In this document: one piece after another, positions 42,382-51,669 of the stretch
Numbering within the stretch: position 1 is the first letter of the stretch
Layout: each line of letters starts with the position of its first letter
IMG/VR virus record: IMGVR_UViG_3300023174_003623
Span: 64,001-128,000 of that record
Reading direction: 5' to 3' (one strand)
DNA: 64,000 bases
DNA from: a virus
Position numbers and translations under genes: made by a program
The notes under the pieces: model-generated
The model's input: only the letters and a program-made list of their open reading frames with translations
Told to the model about the DNA's origin: nothing
The model's database searches: none

Positions 42382-42716
42382 AATTATTTAATTTAATTCA
42401 AGATGATATAATCCTTGCTGAAGGAGTAACCTTTACTGATGGTCGTTGTGCTTTAAATTGGTTAAACACAAATTATAAGAAAATTACTGGTATGGCTTTT
42501 TTTGATTGCGAAGAACATATTATAGAAATACATGGGCACAATCGAAAAATAAAAATCAAATATCTTGATGAAGATACGCCGGTAAGTCCTACATCAGAAT
42601 ACGATGCTGATGAAAATGGATATGTGGTAAAACATATTAGATGCTTAACAAGTGACCCAGATAAGATGTGCGATTCTTGCACATGTTGGAAGTCAACAAG
42701 AAAATATTGCTCATAA
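42378..42716 (+). CDS. Hypothetical protein with Cys-rich C-terminus
   Basis: AEGV.F.DG.CAL.W...IHGH; CDSCTCWK. Confidence 0.55.
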   Translation: MKLFNLIQDDIILAEGVTFTDGRCALNWLNTNYKKITGMAFFDCEEHIIEIHGHNRKIKIKYLDEDTPVSPTSEYDADENGYVVKHIRCLTSDPDKMCDSCTCWKSTRKYCS

Positions 42717-42719
42717 ATT

Positions 42720-43181
42720 ATGAATTCTTGGGATAAAAAATATTGTGAATTGGCTCAACATATTTCTACTTGGTCAAAAGACCCATCTACTCAAGTAGGT
42801 GCTATTACTGTAGGAAAGATGGGGCAAATTCTTTCGCAAGGTTATAACGGCTTTCCTCGTGGGATTGAGGATACACGAGTACGTCTTTATAATCGTGAAG
42901 AAAAATATAAATACGTTGTTCATGCAGAAATGAACTGTATTTACAATGCATGTTTGAATGGTGTTTCATTGCATGATTCTACCCTTTATGTCTATGGCTT
43001 GCCAGTTTGCTCAGAATGTGCTAAAGGCGTAATCCAAGTTGGTATCAAACGTGTTGTAGTATATACACCAAATATGCATAAAGAAGATTTTTCAGATAAG
43101 TGGAAAGCATCTGGAGAATGGGCTGAAGAACTATTTAATGAAACTAATGTGGAGTTTTGCTGGTATGTCAATTCCTTATAA
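42720..43181 (+). CDS. cd: dCMP deaminase
   Basis: SKDPSTQVGA, GYNG, HAEMN, PVCSECAK. Confidence 0.92.
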   Translation: MNSWDKKYCELAQHISTWSKDPSTQVGAITVGKMGQILSQGYNGFPRGIEDTRVRLYNREEKYKYVVHAEMNCIYNACLNGVSLHDSTLYVYGLPVCSECAKGVIQVGIKRVVVYTPNMHKEDFSDKWKASGEWAEELFNETNVEFCWYVNSL

Positions 43182-43518
43182 ATATAATGAAGATGAAGCA
43201 CTACAAGAAATTAAAAAATATGTAGATGCAACGTATAATGAACATTACAGTGGTAAGTATCAAGCCACTGATATGATTATTGATGCTGGTCATGGTACTG
43301 GGTTTTGCATTGGTAATATTATGAAATATGCCAAGCGATATGGTAAAAAAGGTGGCTATAATAGAAAAGATATAATGAAGATTATTCATTATGCAATTAT
43401 TGAATTGTATGTCCAAGACTTACAACAAAAATTGGATAAAGAAAATCAACTAAATATAGTAGTTGATGATGATAAACCTTTACATATATCACCAAGTCAT
43501 TATTATAGTGTGCCTTAA
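43165..43518 (+). CDS. DUF3310-like conserved protein
   Basis: HYS, GFCIGNIMKYA.RYGKK, D..KI.HYA; start set after GGAG. Confidence 0.7.
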   Translation: MSIPYKYNEDEALQEIKKYVDATYNEHYSGKYQATDMIIDAGHGTGFCIGNIMKYAKRYGKKGGYNRKDIMKIIHYAIIELYVQDLQQKLDKENQLNIVVDDDKPLHISPSHYYSVP

Positions 43519-43541
43519 AATTATTAAAAGTGGAGTAAATT

Positions 43542-44399
43542 ATGTCTAATTTTCAAGTTAAGGTTCCTGTTGAAACATTAAGAACACGCAAGCTATTCCT
43601 TGCTGTGCCTATGTATGGTGGGCAATGCAGTGGAATGTTTGCGCGGTCAGTTGCAGATTTGTCTGCAATGTGTACTCAATATGGAATTCCCCTTCAGCTT
43701 TATTTTCTATTCAATGAATCGCTAATTACTCGCGCACGCAATTATTGTGCAGATGAATTTATGCGTTCTGGTGCAACCCATCTAATGTTCATTGATAGTG
43801 ACATTGGGTTTAATCCAAATGACGTTATTGCACTTCTTGCTATTCAAGATGATGCAAGTCCATATGACGTTATTGGTGGCCCTTATCCTAAGAAGTGTAT
43901 CTCTTGGGAAAAGATTAAACTTGCAGTAGATAAGGGTGTAGCGGATGATAATCCAAACAACCTTGAGAAGTTTGTCGGTGATTATGTATTCAATCCTAAG
44001 TCTGGTCAGGCTCAGATTCCGATTGGCGAACCAGTTGAAGTATCTGAAATTGGTACTGGATTTATGATGATTCGTCGTCGTACTTTTGAGAAGTATGCGG
44101 AAGCTTTCCCCGAGCTTTCTTATAAGCCAGACCATGTTCGTACCGAGCATTTCGATGGTAGCCGTGAGATTATGGCTTACTTCGATTGTATCATTGACCC
44201 AGTATCAAAGCGGTACTTGTCAGAGGACTACATGTTCTGTTATAATGTACAGAAGATGGGCGGTCAGGTTTGGTTCTGTCCTTGGATGCAGCTACAACAT
44301 GTCGGCACTTATATCTTCGGTGGCTCACTTGCAGATCTTGCATCAATTGGTGCTGCTGCTACTGCTGATGTTAATTATTCGCATAAGAAGGGTAAATGA
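43542..44399 (+). CDS. GT-A-like glycosyltransferase family protein
   Basis: P.YGG, ESLITRARN, MFIDSD (DxD), YPKK, GTGFMMI.R, YLSEDY.FC, L.H.G. Confidence 0.65.
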   Translation: MSNFQVKVPVETLRTRKLFLAVPMYGGQCSGMFARSVADLSAMCTQYGIPLQLYFLFNESLITRARNYCADEFMRSGATHLMFIDSDIGFNPNDVIALLAIQDDASPYDVIGGPYPKKCISWEKIKLAVDKGVADDNPNNLEKFVGDYVFNPKSGQAQIPIGEPVEVSEIGTGFMMIRRRTFEKYAEAFPELSYKPDHVRTEHFDGSREIMAYFDCIIDPVSKRYLSEDYMFCYNVQKMGGQVWFCPWMQLQHVGTYIFGGSLADLASIGAAATADVNYSHKKGK

Positions 44400-44410
44400 G
44401 GTAATATATT

Positions 44411-45067
44411 ATGAAATTGAGTGCTAAAACGATTCAGATTCTGAAGAACTTTAGCTCTATCAATCCCTCAATCATGTTCAAGGAGGGGAACATCTTATCA
44501 ACGATGTCCCCTCTAAGGACTATTATCGCTAAAGCAACTATTGCTGAAACGATTGAACGGGATTTTGGTATCTTTGACCTTAATCGGTTTCTTGGAATTC
44601 TCTCATTATTTAATGATCCAGACCTTATCTTTACTGATACTTTTGTAAAGATTACCGATGGACAGAAAAGCGTAAACTTTACTTACGCCGATCCAATTAC
44701 CATCACAACTCCTCCTGAAAAAGAAATCAAAATGAACATGCCCTATGTGGAATTCGATTTGACTTCTGACCTATTGCAAAACGTAATGAGAGCAGCAAGT
44801 GTTCTCCAGCTATCAGAAATTTCATTGTTTTCTGAAAATGGTAGAATGATGATGGGTGCGAAAGATTTTAAGAATCCTTCAAACAACTCATTTGAAATTG
44901 ATGTAAAAGAAACGAACGATAACTTTAAAATCATTTTCCTATGTAATAATATGAAGATGATGCACAACTCCTATAAAGCTTGTGTGGCTAAGGGTATCGG
45001 TCGTTTTTCATCTGAAGATATTGAATATTTTATTGTGACTGAAAGTAAGTCTACCTATGGGGTTTAG
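44411..45067 (+). CDS. g45: Sliding clamp gp45
   Basis: MKLS..T..ILKNF..IN.SI, FGIFDL..FL. Confidence 0.92.
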   Translation: MKLSAKTIQILKNFSSINPSIMFKEGNILSTMSPLRTIIAKATIAETIERDFGIFDLNRFLGILSLFNDPDLIFTDTFVKITDGQKSVNFTYADPITITTPPEKEIKMNMPYVEFDLTSDLLQNVMRAASVLQLSEISLFSENGRMMMGAKDFKNPSNNSFEIDVKETNDNFKIIFLCNNMKMMHNSYKACVAKGIGRFSSEDIEYFIVTESKSTYGV

Positions 45068-45073
45068 TAACTT

Positions 45074-46015
45074 ATGATTCGTGATGAATTTTTGTGGTCT
45101 CAGCAATACCGTCCTAAGACTGTATCAGAATGTATTCTTCCTATTAACCTTAAGACAACCTTTCAGGAGTTTGTCGATAAGGGCACAATTCCTAATATGC
45201 TTCTTACTGGGCGGGCTGGAGTAGGTAAAACTACTGTGGCCCGCGCCATTCTTGATCAATTAGAATGTGATTATATGGTTATCAATGGATCGATGAACGG
45301 TAACATTGATACTCTTCGTGTTGATATAAGTCAGTTTGCTTCTTCTATGTCTTTGATGGGTGGAAGAAAATATGTTATTCTTGATGAAGCAGACTATCTA
45401 AATCCCAATAGCACTCAGCCTGCTTTGCGAAACTTCATGGAGGAGTTTTCAAGCAACTGTGGATTTATTTTGACTTGTAATTTTAAGAACAAGATTATTG
45501 AGCCGCTGCATAGTCGTTGTACCGTAATTGATTTTAAGATTCCTAATGATGAGAAGTCTAAGTTAGCTTCTCAATTTATGAAACGAATTGAGAAAATTCT
45601 TGAGGTAGAAAATGTACAGTTCGACCGGCCTGCTATTGCTGAGCTTATTAGTAAGCATTTCCCTGATTGGCGGCGAGTTCTAAACGAGCTTCAGCGATAT
45701 TCTGCTACGGGTAAAATCGATAGTGGTATATTGGCTAATATTGGCGATGAAAGCTTTAAGACGCTTTTTGGTCATCTGAAAGCTAAATCGTTTACCAATA
45801 TGCGTAAGTGGGTAGGAGAGAATAGTGACATTGAAACTTCGGCATTGTTTCGTCGAATTTATGATAGTGCAGCCCAATACATTAAACCAGCATCTATTCC
45901 TAGTTTAGTATTGTTGTTGGGTGACTATCAATATAAAGCCGCTTTTGTATCCGATCCTGAAATCAATATTGTAGCGTGCTTGACTATGATTATGACTGAG
46001 TGTGAGTTTATATAA
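45074..46015 (+). CDS. g44: Clamp loader large subunit gp44
   Basis: YRP, GVGKTT, ILDEAD, LHSRC, FPDWRR..NELQ. Confidence 0.95.
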   Translation: MIRDEFLWSQQYRPKTVSECILPINLKTTFQEFVDKGTIPNMLLTGRAGVGKTTVARAILDQLECDYMVINGSMNGNIDTLRVDISQFASSMSLMGGRKYVILDEADYLNPNSTQPALRNFMEEFSSNCGFILTCNFKNKIIEPLHSRCTVIDFKIPNDEKSKLASQFMKRIEKILEVENVQFDRPAIAELISKHFPDWRRVLNELQRYSATGKIDSGILANIGDESFKTLFGHLKAKSFTNMRKWVGENSDIETSALFRRIYDSAAQYIKPASIPSLVLLLGDYQYKAAFVSDPEINIVACLTMIMTECEFI

Positions 46016-46018
46016 ATA
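46011..46018 (+). promoter_or_regulatory. Late promoter overlapping the g44 stop codon
   Basis: TATAAATA upstream of ORF 46050. Confidence 0.7.
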
Positions 46019-46049
46019 GAAAAACAATATTTTTTTGGAGAAACCCCTT

Positions 46050-47960
46050 ATGCTCAAGTTCAGTAAATTTATAGTTGAAAGTGTTCAAGAAGAACATAAT
46101 GAAGTTCCAATAGAGCAAGATAGACAGAATACACTTTTTGGAACAAATGATTATGTGCCATTTCATGAAGGCGATAAGTTTAATGAATCTTATATTGTAG
46201 AATCAGTTGAAGACCACCCTGATAATCCTGCAAGATTAGTTTTTAGAGGTAGCGGCGCTGCAAAGGGTATTGTTGTGCCTCGACATATGTGGGAAGGCAG
46301 TAAACCTACAGACCCAAATGCACCGGTCAAATTGGGTAAAGATGGTAAGCCTAAAAAACAAAACCGAACGATGGGAATGCGAGATAGAAATAAACTTAGA
46401 GCACAAGTATATGGTGGTGAAAATAGAGATCCATTAACTTTAGGTCAAATAGAAAATGTTCATAAACAAACTTTAGATGAGCATTTTGCAAAACCTAAAT
46501 CTCAACAAATTGAAGCAGAAAAAGCCGCAATATCAAGATTACAAGCTGCTGGTCATTTAGGTAAGAACGGTGATACTACGGATGAGGGTGAAAAAACTGA
46601 TACCGTCCAAAATGAATATGATGAGAAAGGTAGATCTTTTGTTGCTTCTGCTTCCAAAGGTGTTGCTGGTCATGCTCTTTATACTTCTGGTTATGGTGAA
46701 AATGAAAGACATCATATTTTAAACACTTGCCCTGCTCAAACCGTAGGTTGTGGTGGTGGCGTTGATGCACATGGTGTGGCTGATACGTCTAAAGGTGGGT
46801 GTTTTGCACCTAACGCTGAAGCTCAATATGTTGCCGCTTCAGTTAAAAGAGCTTGTCATGAACAAGCTAAACATGACCCAGCAATGACCCGTGATTGGAT
46901 TCTAGCTCATGCTCATTCTTTACGAAATCGAGCAGATGAAGCAGATAAACAAGATAAAAGAACATTATTTAGACCAAACGTAGTAGATGAAACTGATAGA
47001 ACCTCGCGTCATTTAATTAATCATTTGAATGCTCAACGGGCAACAGAAGACAATCCAAGTCGCCCCGGTGAATCAAAACCACCAATTATTGCTAATTCTT
47101 ATGGTAAGACTAATGAATTACATGATCCCGAAAATAATTATCATGTAACTTATTCAAATACTGGGCCTAAAGTAAAAAATGGTGGTTTTATTCATGAAAA
47201 TATGCGAAAAGATAAACAGAGAATTAGGAATACAATCAACGCTACACGAAATGCTGTAGGTGAAGACATCGTTAATGATCAAGGTAATAAGACACCACCT
47301 AAAGGCTCATATTTAGTAACAGACATGAGAAGAGGTAAAAAACTAGATCAAGAATATCAAAAAAACATAACTCATATTAAATATTGGTCTGGACCTAGAG
47401 AAGAAAATGAATTATCTTCTGCTGAAAAAAAGGAAGGACCAGAAGGTCATTATGATGGTAATGGTAAGGCAACCACTCCAGATAAAGCTCATTATGGACA
47501 TAAGACTATCAACGGAAGGCGATATGATTATCAAAAACAACATGTAGTACATCCTCGGTTAGTAAAGGTTGGTGATAAATTAATTCCAACAGACTCAAGA
47601 TTTAAAGATGAAGATTTCTTACCAAAAGAAAGATTTAAATCTAAGAATGGTAAAACTCCCGGTGGCATTTTAGTTACTACACCAACTACATCTACAAGCA
47701 AGATAAAACATGAATCGGAGTTTAATCACCATGTTGGACCTGAGACTATTGAACATGCTAAAATGAATAACGGTGAGCATGAAATTGATAAGCCAGAAGA
47801 TCAAGAAGCTGCTCGTGGTAATCCTTTTGTTAACCCATCAATGGAAACGGCTGTAAAATCCGCCAAATCAAAATCCGACAAAGTAAGGCAGAAAGTTGGT
47901 CGCCCCATGACGGGTGTTGAACGTGCAATTGCAAGAGCAAAGGGTCAGCAAATAGACTAA
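46050..47960 (+). CDS. Putative internal head protein with GP88-like (radical-SAM-like) Cys domain
   Basis: Start set after GGAG (MLKFSKFIVES). Motifs NTCP....GC..GGCFA, FRPNV.DE, SYGKT, NYHVTYS and DSRFKD. Confidence 0.55.
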   Translation: MLKFSKFIVESVQEEHNEVPIEQDRQNTLFGTNDYVPFHEGDKFNESYIVESVEDHPDNPARLVFRGSGAAKGIVVPRHMWEGSKPTDPNAPVKLGKDGKPKKQNRTMGMRDRNKLRAQVYGGENRDPLTLGQIENVHKQTLDEHFAKPKSQQIEAEKAAISRLQAAGHLGKNGDTTDEGEKTDTVQNEYDEKGRSFVASASKGVAGHALYTSGYGENERHHILNTCPAQTVGCGGGVDAHGVADTSKGGCFAPNAEAQYVAASVKRACHEQAKHDPAMTRDWILAHAHSLRNRADEADKQDKRTLFRPNVVDETDRTSRHLINHLNAQRATEDNPSRPGESKPPIIANSYGKTNELHDPENNYHVTYSNTGPKVKNGGFIHENMRKDKQRIRNTINATRNAVGEDIVNDQGNKTPPKGSYLVTDMRRGKKLDQEYQKNITHIKYWSGPREENELSSAEKKEGPEGHYDGNGKATTPDKAHYGHKTINGRRYDYQKQHVVHPRLVKVGDKLIPTDSRFKDEDFLPKERFKSKNGKTPGGILVTTPTTSTSKIKHESEFNHHVGPETIEHAKMNNGEHEIDKPEDQEAARGNPFVNPSMETAVKSAKSKSDKVRQKVGRPMTGVERAIARAKGQQID

Positions 47961-47976
47961 AGGTAAATACTATATT

Positions 47977-48369
47977 ATGAATCCATTTGATTATGTGAAA
48001 TCGATTAATGAATCGAAAGTGAATTTGATGGTTGATACAGAGAATGATGAGTTGGCAGAGAAGGATTATGTTCCCTTTCTGACCAACAAGTCATTCTCGT
48101 ATCATATTGACACAATCCTCTATGCAAACGAAATTAATCAGTTTGCACACATGGATAACAAGCTTCAATATGAATACTATCTAAACGGTATTCCTAAAAA
48201 GAAGCGGTTTAGCCAGTGGACAAAGAAAACCTCCAATGAAGATTTAGATATTGTAGCTGAATATTACAGTTGCAATTACATTCGTGCTGCCGAAATCTTG
48301 ACAATTATAAATAAAAAACAGTTCAGTCTGATTAAAAATAAATTGCAAAAAGGCGGGACAAATGAATAG
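47977..48369 (+). CDS. g62: Clamp loader small subunit gp62
   Basis: MNPFDY..SIN, Y.PFL.NK..S...DTI..ANE.N, KKRFS.W. Confidence 0.92.
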   Translation: MNPFDYVKSINESKVNLMVDTENDELAEKDYVPFLTNKSFSYHIDTILYANEINQFAHMDNKLQYEYYLNGIPKKKRFSQWTKKTSNEDLDIVAEYYSCNYIRAAEILTIINKKQFSLIKNKLQKGGTNE

Positions 48370-48439
48370 ATCTGTGTAGTTGAAGGTTAGAAACAACTAC
48401 TCCGATTATAATAAATTAAAAAAAGCGGAGTGAGTAAAC

Positions 48440-48835
48440 ATGAATGTAGTTGATTCCTTAGTAGAAGTGAGTCTCTTAGAACAAGAAGATTTTTTAAAGA
48501 TTAAAGAAACTTTGACTCGTATTGGTGTTGCTTCAAAGAAAGATAATACTTTATATCAATCTTGTCATATTCTTCATAAACAAGCAAAATATTACATCGT
48601 ACACTTTAAAGAACTTTTCATGTTAGATGGTAAGCCGTCTAACTTTTCAGATGATGATAAAGCCAGACGAAATACTATTGCCACTTTATTAGAACAGTGG
48701 GGTCTTCTTAAAGTTGTTCGTCCAGAGTACATTGCAGAAATGATGGCACCAATTAGTCAAATCAAAATTATCTCTCATAAAGAAAAAGATGATTGGGAAT
48801 TGGTAGCGAAATATAATATAGGCAGAAAAAAATGA
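48440..48835 (+). CDS. regA: Translational repressor RegA
   Basis: FLKIKETLTRIGVAS, LYQSCHILHKQ..YYIVHFKELF.LDG. Confidence 0.97.
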   Translation: MNVVDSLVEVSLLEQEDFLKIKETLTRIGVASKKDNTLYQSCHILHKQAKYYIVHFKELFMLDGKPSNFSDDDKARRNTIATLLEQWGLLKVVRPEYIAEMMAPISQIKIISHKEKDDWELVAKYNIGRKK

Positions 48836-49356
48836 TAGCAACTTTTAGGGAATTTGTAGAGACTATACCTGAGCATGAGCCTAAATTTAATAAACTTAGT
48901 GACGATCAAATTTCCAAAAGAGGAAACCTATCACATACTCTTGAGACTGACAGATTCCATGTAAAAGCTATCGATCACAATGACGGGTTTAGAACTTATA
49001 CCGTTCATGATAAAGCTACCGGAGAACATGTCGGTACTGTAGAAGGTCAGATGCTACATAAAGGCAAAACTTTCAGAGCAGAAGAAGTAACTAAGGATAG
49101 AACTTCTCATCCAAAAATGATGCATGAAGTCTATAATGCAATATTGAATAACGGAACTTCGATGATGAGTTCTGGGTCTATAAGCAAAACGGCACATAAG
49201 ATCTGGGAACGCTTGCATTCTGAAGATAGACCTGTTAGACTAGTCAAAGATGGAAAGATTGTTCCAAATTCTAGTCCTGACTGGAAGAAAAATGTCCAAA
49301 AGCCTACATTAAAAAATATAGAAAATCCTACAGTTTATTTTGTAAGGGCTAAATAA
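48832..49356 (+). CDS. Putative internal head protein, degenerate GNAT-like
   Basis: MIATFREFVE leader; VY......G..M.S....S..A.KIW.RL pattern. Confidence 0.5.
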   Translation: MIATFREFVETIPEHEPKFNKLSDDQISKRGNLSHTLETDRFHVKAIDHNDGFRTYTVHDKATGEHVGTVEGQMLHKGKTFRAEEVTKDRTSHPKMMHEVYNAILNNGTSMMSSGSISKTAHKIWERLHSEDRPVRLVKDGKIVPNSSPDWKKNVQKPTLKNIENPTVYFVRAK

Positions 49357-51096
49357 ATGTTAAGATTCAAAGCTTTTTTATTAATTTCAGAAGAATTAAA
49401 TGATTCACAACGTGAAGAATTTAATCAAATGCCTAGAGATCCAAAAGCCGTAAAAGCTACTGATCATTATTTTGGTGTAGGTAATGATGTTGTGTCTAAA
49501 CCATTAGAAGGCACAATGGATAAATCTGAAATACACAAAGCTATTGAACGACATTTAGGACGATCCATTTCGCATCAAGATTACAAAAATGGTATAACAA
49601 ATGATGAATATGGTCGTCAAACTAAACTTGGTAAACTTCTAACTAAAACAAAAGCACCTTCTACATTAGTTAATGGGTTTGCTAACGATAACACCAGACA
49701 AGGTAAAAAATTCACTGGGTTAACTGCAATAACTACTAGATCTCCGGGCGGAGATCCTAGTAAAGGTGATAAATCTGGTGTTGCAGGTCAAACCTCTTCT
49801 AATCAATCTTGGCAACAACAATCTTGCAAAAATGTAGAAACCGGTCTCCATAAAAAGTACCTACCACAAGAAATTAAACATGGAACAGTTGTTACTTATT
49901 TACAAGATCATGAAGGGCGAGAATTAGCCAGAGCAACATTACAACCGCATATTAATGATCAAGGGCATACAGCATATGCCGTAGATTCACATTATGGTAT
50001 CGATCACGCTGGATTTAAAGCTCATGCAGAGCAATTAGCTAAAGATTTATCAGGACCACATAAAGGTGGTTCAATCGTTTATAAAAAACATCCTGATGTA
50101 TATAATGATAATGGTTATACTACAATGATGCATCCTGATGTTGCACCAGAACATATAACTAAAGCATTAGATGATGATGATAAATTAGTTCGTCTAGCAG
50201 CAATTAGTCACCCTAAAGCAACATCAGAACATATAACTAAAGCATTAGATGATCCAAACGAAGGAATTCGTAAAGCAGCACTTGAACACCCTAAAGTAAC
50301 ATCAGAACATATAACTAAAGCATTAGATAATACAAATGATTTTGTTCGTTTAGCAGCAATTAGACACCCTAAAGCAACATCAGAACATATAACTAAAGCA
50401 TTAGATGATCCAGCTGAATATATTCGTGACTCAGCACTTGAACACCCTAAAGTAACATCAGAACATATAACTAAAGCATTAGATAATACAAATGATTTTG
50501 TTCGTCAAATAGCAATTAAACACCCTAAAGCAACACCAGAACATATAACTAAAGCTTTAAATGATCCAAGCATTGAAGTTCGTAGAGCAGCACTTGAACA
50601 CCCTAAAGTGACATCAGAACATATAACTAAAGCTTTAAATGATCCAAGCAGTAGTGCAGGAGTTCGTCAAGCAGCAATTAGACACCCTAAAGCAACATCA
50701 GAACATATAACTAAAGCTTTAAATGATCCAAGCAGTAGTACAGGAGTTCGTCTAGCAGCAATTAGTCACCCTAAAGCGACACCAGAACATATAACTAAAG
50801 CATTAGATGATACAAATGATTTTGTTCGTGAAATAGCAATTAGACGCCCTAATGCAACACCAGAACATATAACTAAAGCTTTAAATGATCCAAGCATTGA
50901 AGTTCGTAGAGAAGCACTTAAACACCCTAAAGTGACATCAGAACATATAACTAAAGCATTAGATGATGATGATGTATTTCGTCGTGCAGCAGCACTTGAA
51001 CACCCTAAAGTAACATCAGAACATATAACTAAAGCATTAAATGATCCAAGCAGAGAAATTCGTCAAATAGCAATGAAAAAACAAAAAGCTAAATAA
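49357..51096 (+). CDS. Putative internal head protein with C-terminal HEAT/LRV-like repeats
   Basis: MLRFKAFLLISEE leader; 12 EHITKAL repeats. Confidence 0.7.
   Translation: MLRFKAFLLISEELNDSQREEFNQMPRDPKAVKATDHYFGVGNDVVSKPLEGTMDKSEIHKAIERHLGRSISHQDYKNGITNDEYGRQTKLGKLLTKTKAPSTLVNGFANDNTRQGKKFTGLTAITTRSPGGDPSKGDKSGVAGQTSSNQSWQQQSCKNVETGLHKKYLPQEIKHGTVVTYLQDHEGRELARATLQPHINDQGHTAYAVDSHYGIDHAGFKAHAEQLAKDLSGPHKGGSIVYKKHPDVYNDNGYTTMMHPDVAPEHITKALDDDDKLVRLAAISHPKATSEHITKALDDPNEGIRKAALEHPKVTSEHITKALDNTNDFVRLAAIRHPKATSEHITKALDDPAEYIRDSALEHPKVTSEHITKALDNTNDFVRQIAIKHPKATPEHITKALNDPSIEVRRAALEHPKVTSEHITKALNDPSSSAGVRQAAIRHPKATSEHITKALNDPSSSTGVRLAAISHPKATPEHITKALDDTNDFVREIAIRRPNATPEHITKALNDPSIEVRREALKHPKVTSEHITKALDDDDVFRRAAALEHPKVTSEHITKALNDPSREIRQIAMKKQKAK
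50140..51093 (+). repeat. 78-nt (26-aa) tandem repeat x12
   Basis: Invariant cagaacatataactaaagc block at 78-nt spacing (e.g. gaa at 50149 and 50227); two units carry 6-nt insertions. Confidence 0.95.
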
Positions 51097-51100
51097 ATTG

Positions 51101-51198
51101 TATAAATAGAGTTTGATATTGCCATGCCTTCGGGGTGGCGCGTTTGATAGTATCGCATAAACTATCAATTTATTAATCTTGCCTAACAGGAGATACTT
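51101..51198 (+). promoter_or_regulatory. Late promoter plus ROSE-like structured 5' UTR of hsp20
   Basis: TATAAATA at 51101; UUCG hairpin 51121-51139; 8-bp stem 51144-51168; AUCUUGCCU pairing with the AGGAGAU RBS. Confidence 0.6.
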
Positions 51199-51669
51199 AT
51201 GACTAAGACATACTATGTCCCAAAAAATTGGGACGCCTTCAATTCGTTCTTTGTCGGATTTGATCACGTTTTCAACGAAGCTTCAAAACTTCATGACGAC
51301 TTCACAAAGAGCATCCCCCACTATCCTCCGTACAACATCAAAAAAATCGATGAGAATAAGTACGCAATCGAGCTTGCAGTAGCTGGTTTCGGTCGTTCTG
51401 ATATCGAGATTGAGTTTGTCGAAGATAAGCTAGTCATCACGGGCAATTCCAAAAATGACGATGCCAATCCTTACCTTTATAAGGGAATCAGTACTCGTGC
51501 CTTTACACGAACTTTTTCTCTAAATGACTCTATCGAAATTAAGGGTGCTGAGATTTTAAATGGTATTCTTCAGATTGTTCTGGAGCGTATTATTCCTGAT
51601 CATAAGAAGCCCAAAAAGATCGAAATTAAAGAACCAACTACTAAACAGTTTCTTGCGGAGGAAAAATGA
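51199..51669 (+). CDS. hsp20: Small heat-shock protein Hsp20 (IbpA-like)
   Basis: GFD, YPPYNI, IELAVAGF, YLYKGIS.RAF.R.F.L, NGIL...L. Confidence 0.95.
   Translation: MTKTYYVPKNWDAFNSFFVGFDHVFNEASKLHDDFTKSIPHYPPYNIKKIDENKYAIELAVAGFGRSDIEIEFVEDKLVITGNSKNDDANPYLYKGISTRAFTRTFSLNDSIEIKGAEILNGILQIVLERIIPDHKKPKKIEIKEPTTKQFLAEEK

Noticed and set aside
43177-43184. TATAAATA inside the DUF3310-like gene
   Set aside because: Within coding sequence of AT-rich DNA; may be chance, so it is not listed as a promoter.
50140-51093. CRISPR-like array (constant block with variable spacers)
   Set aside because: The period is a multiple of 3 and in frame within a protein, the 'spacers' are mutually homologous, and there are no cas genes. 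It is a coding repeat.
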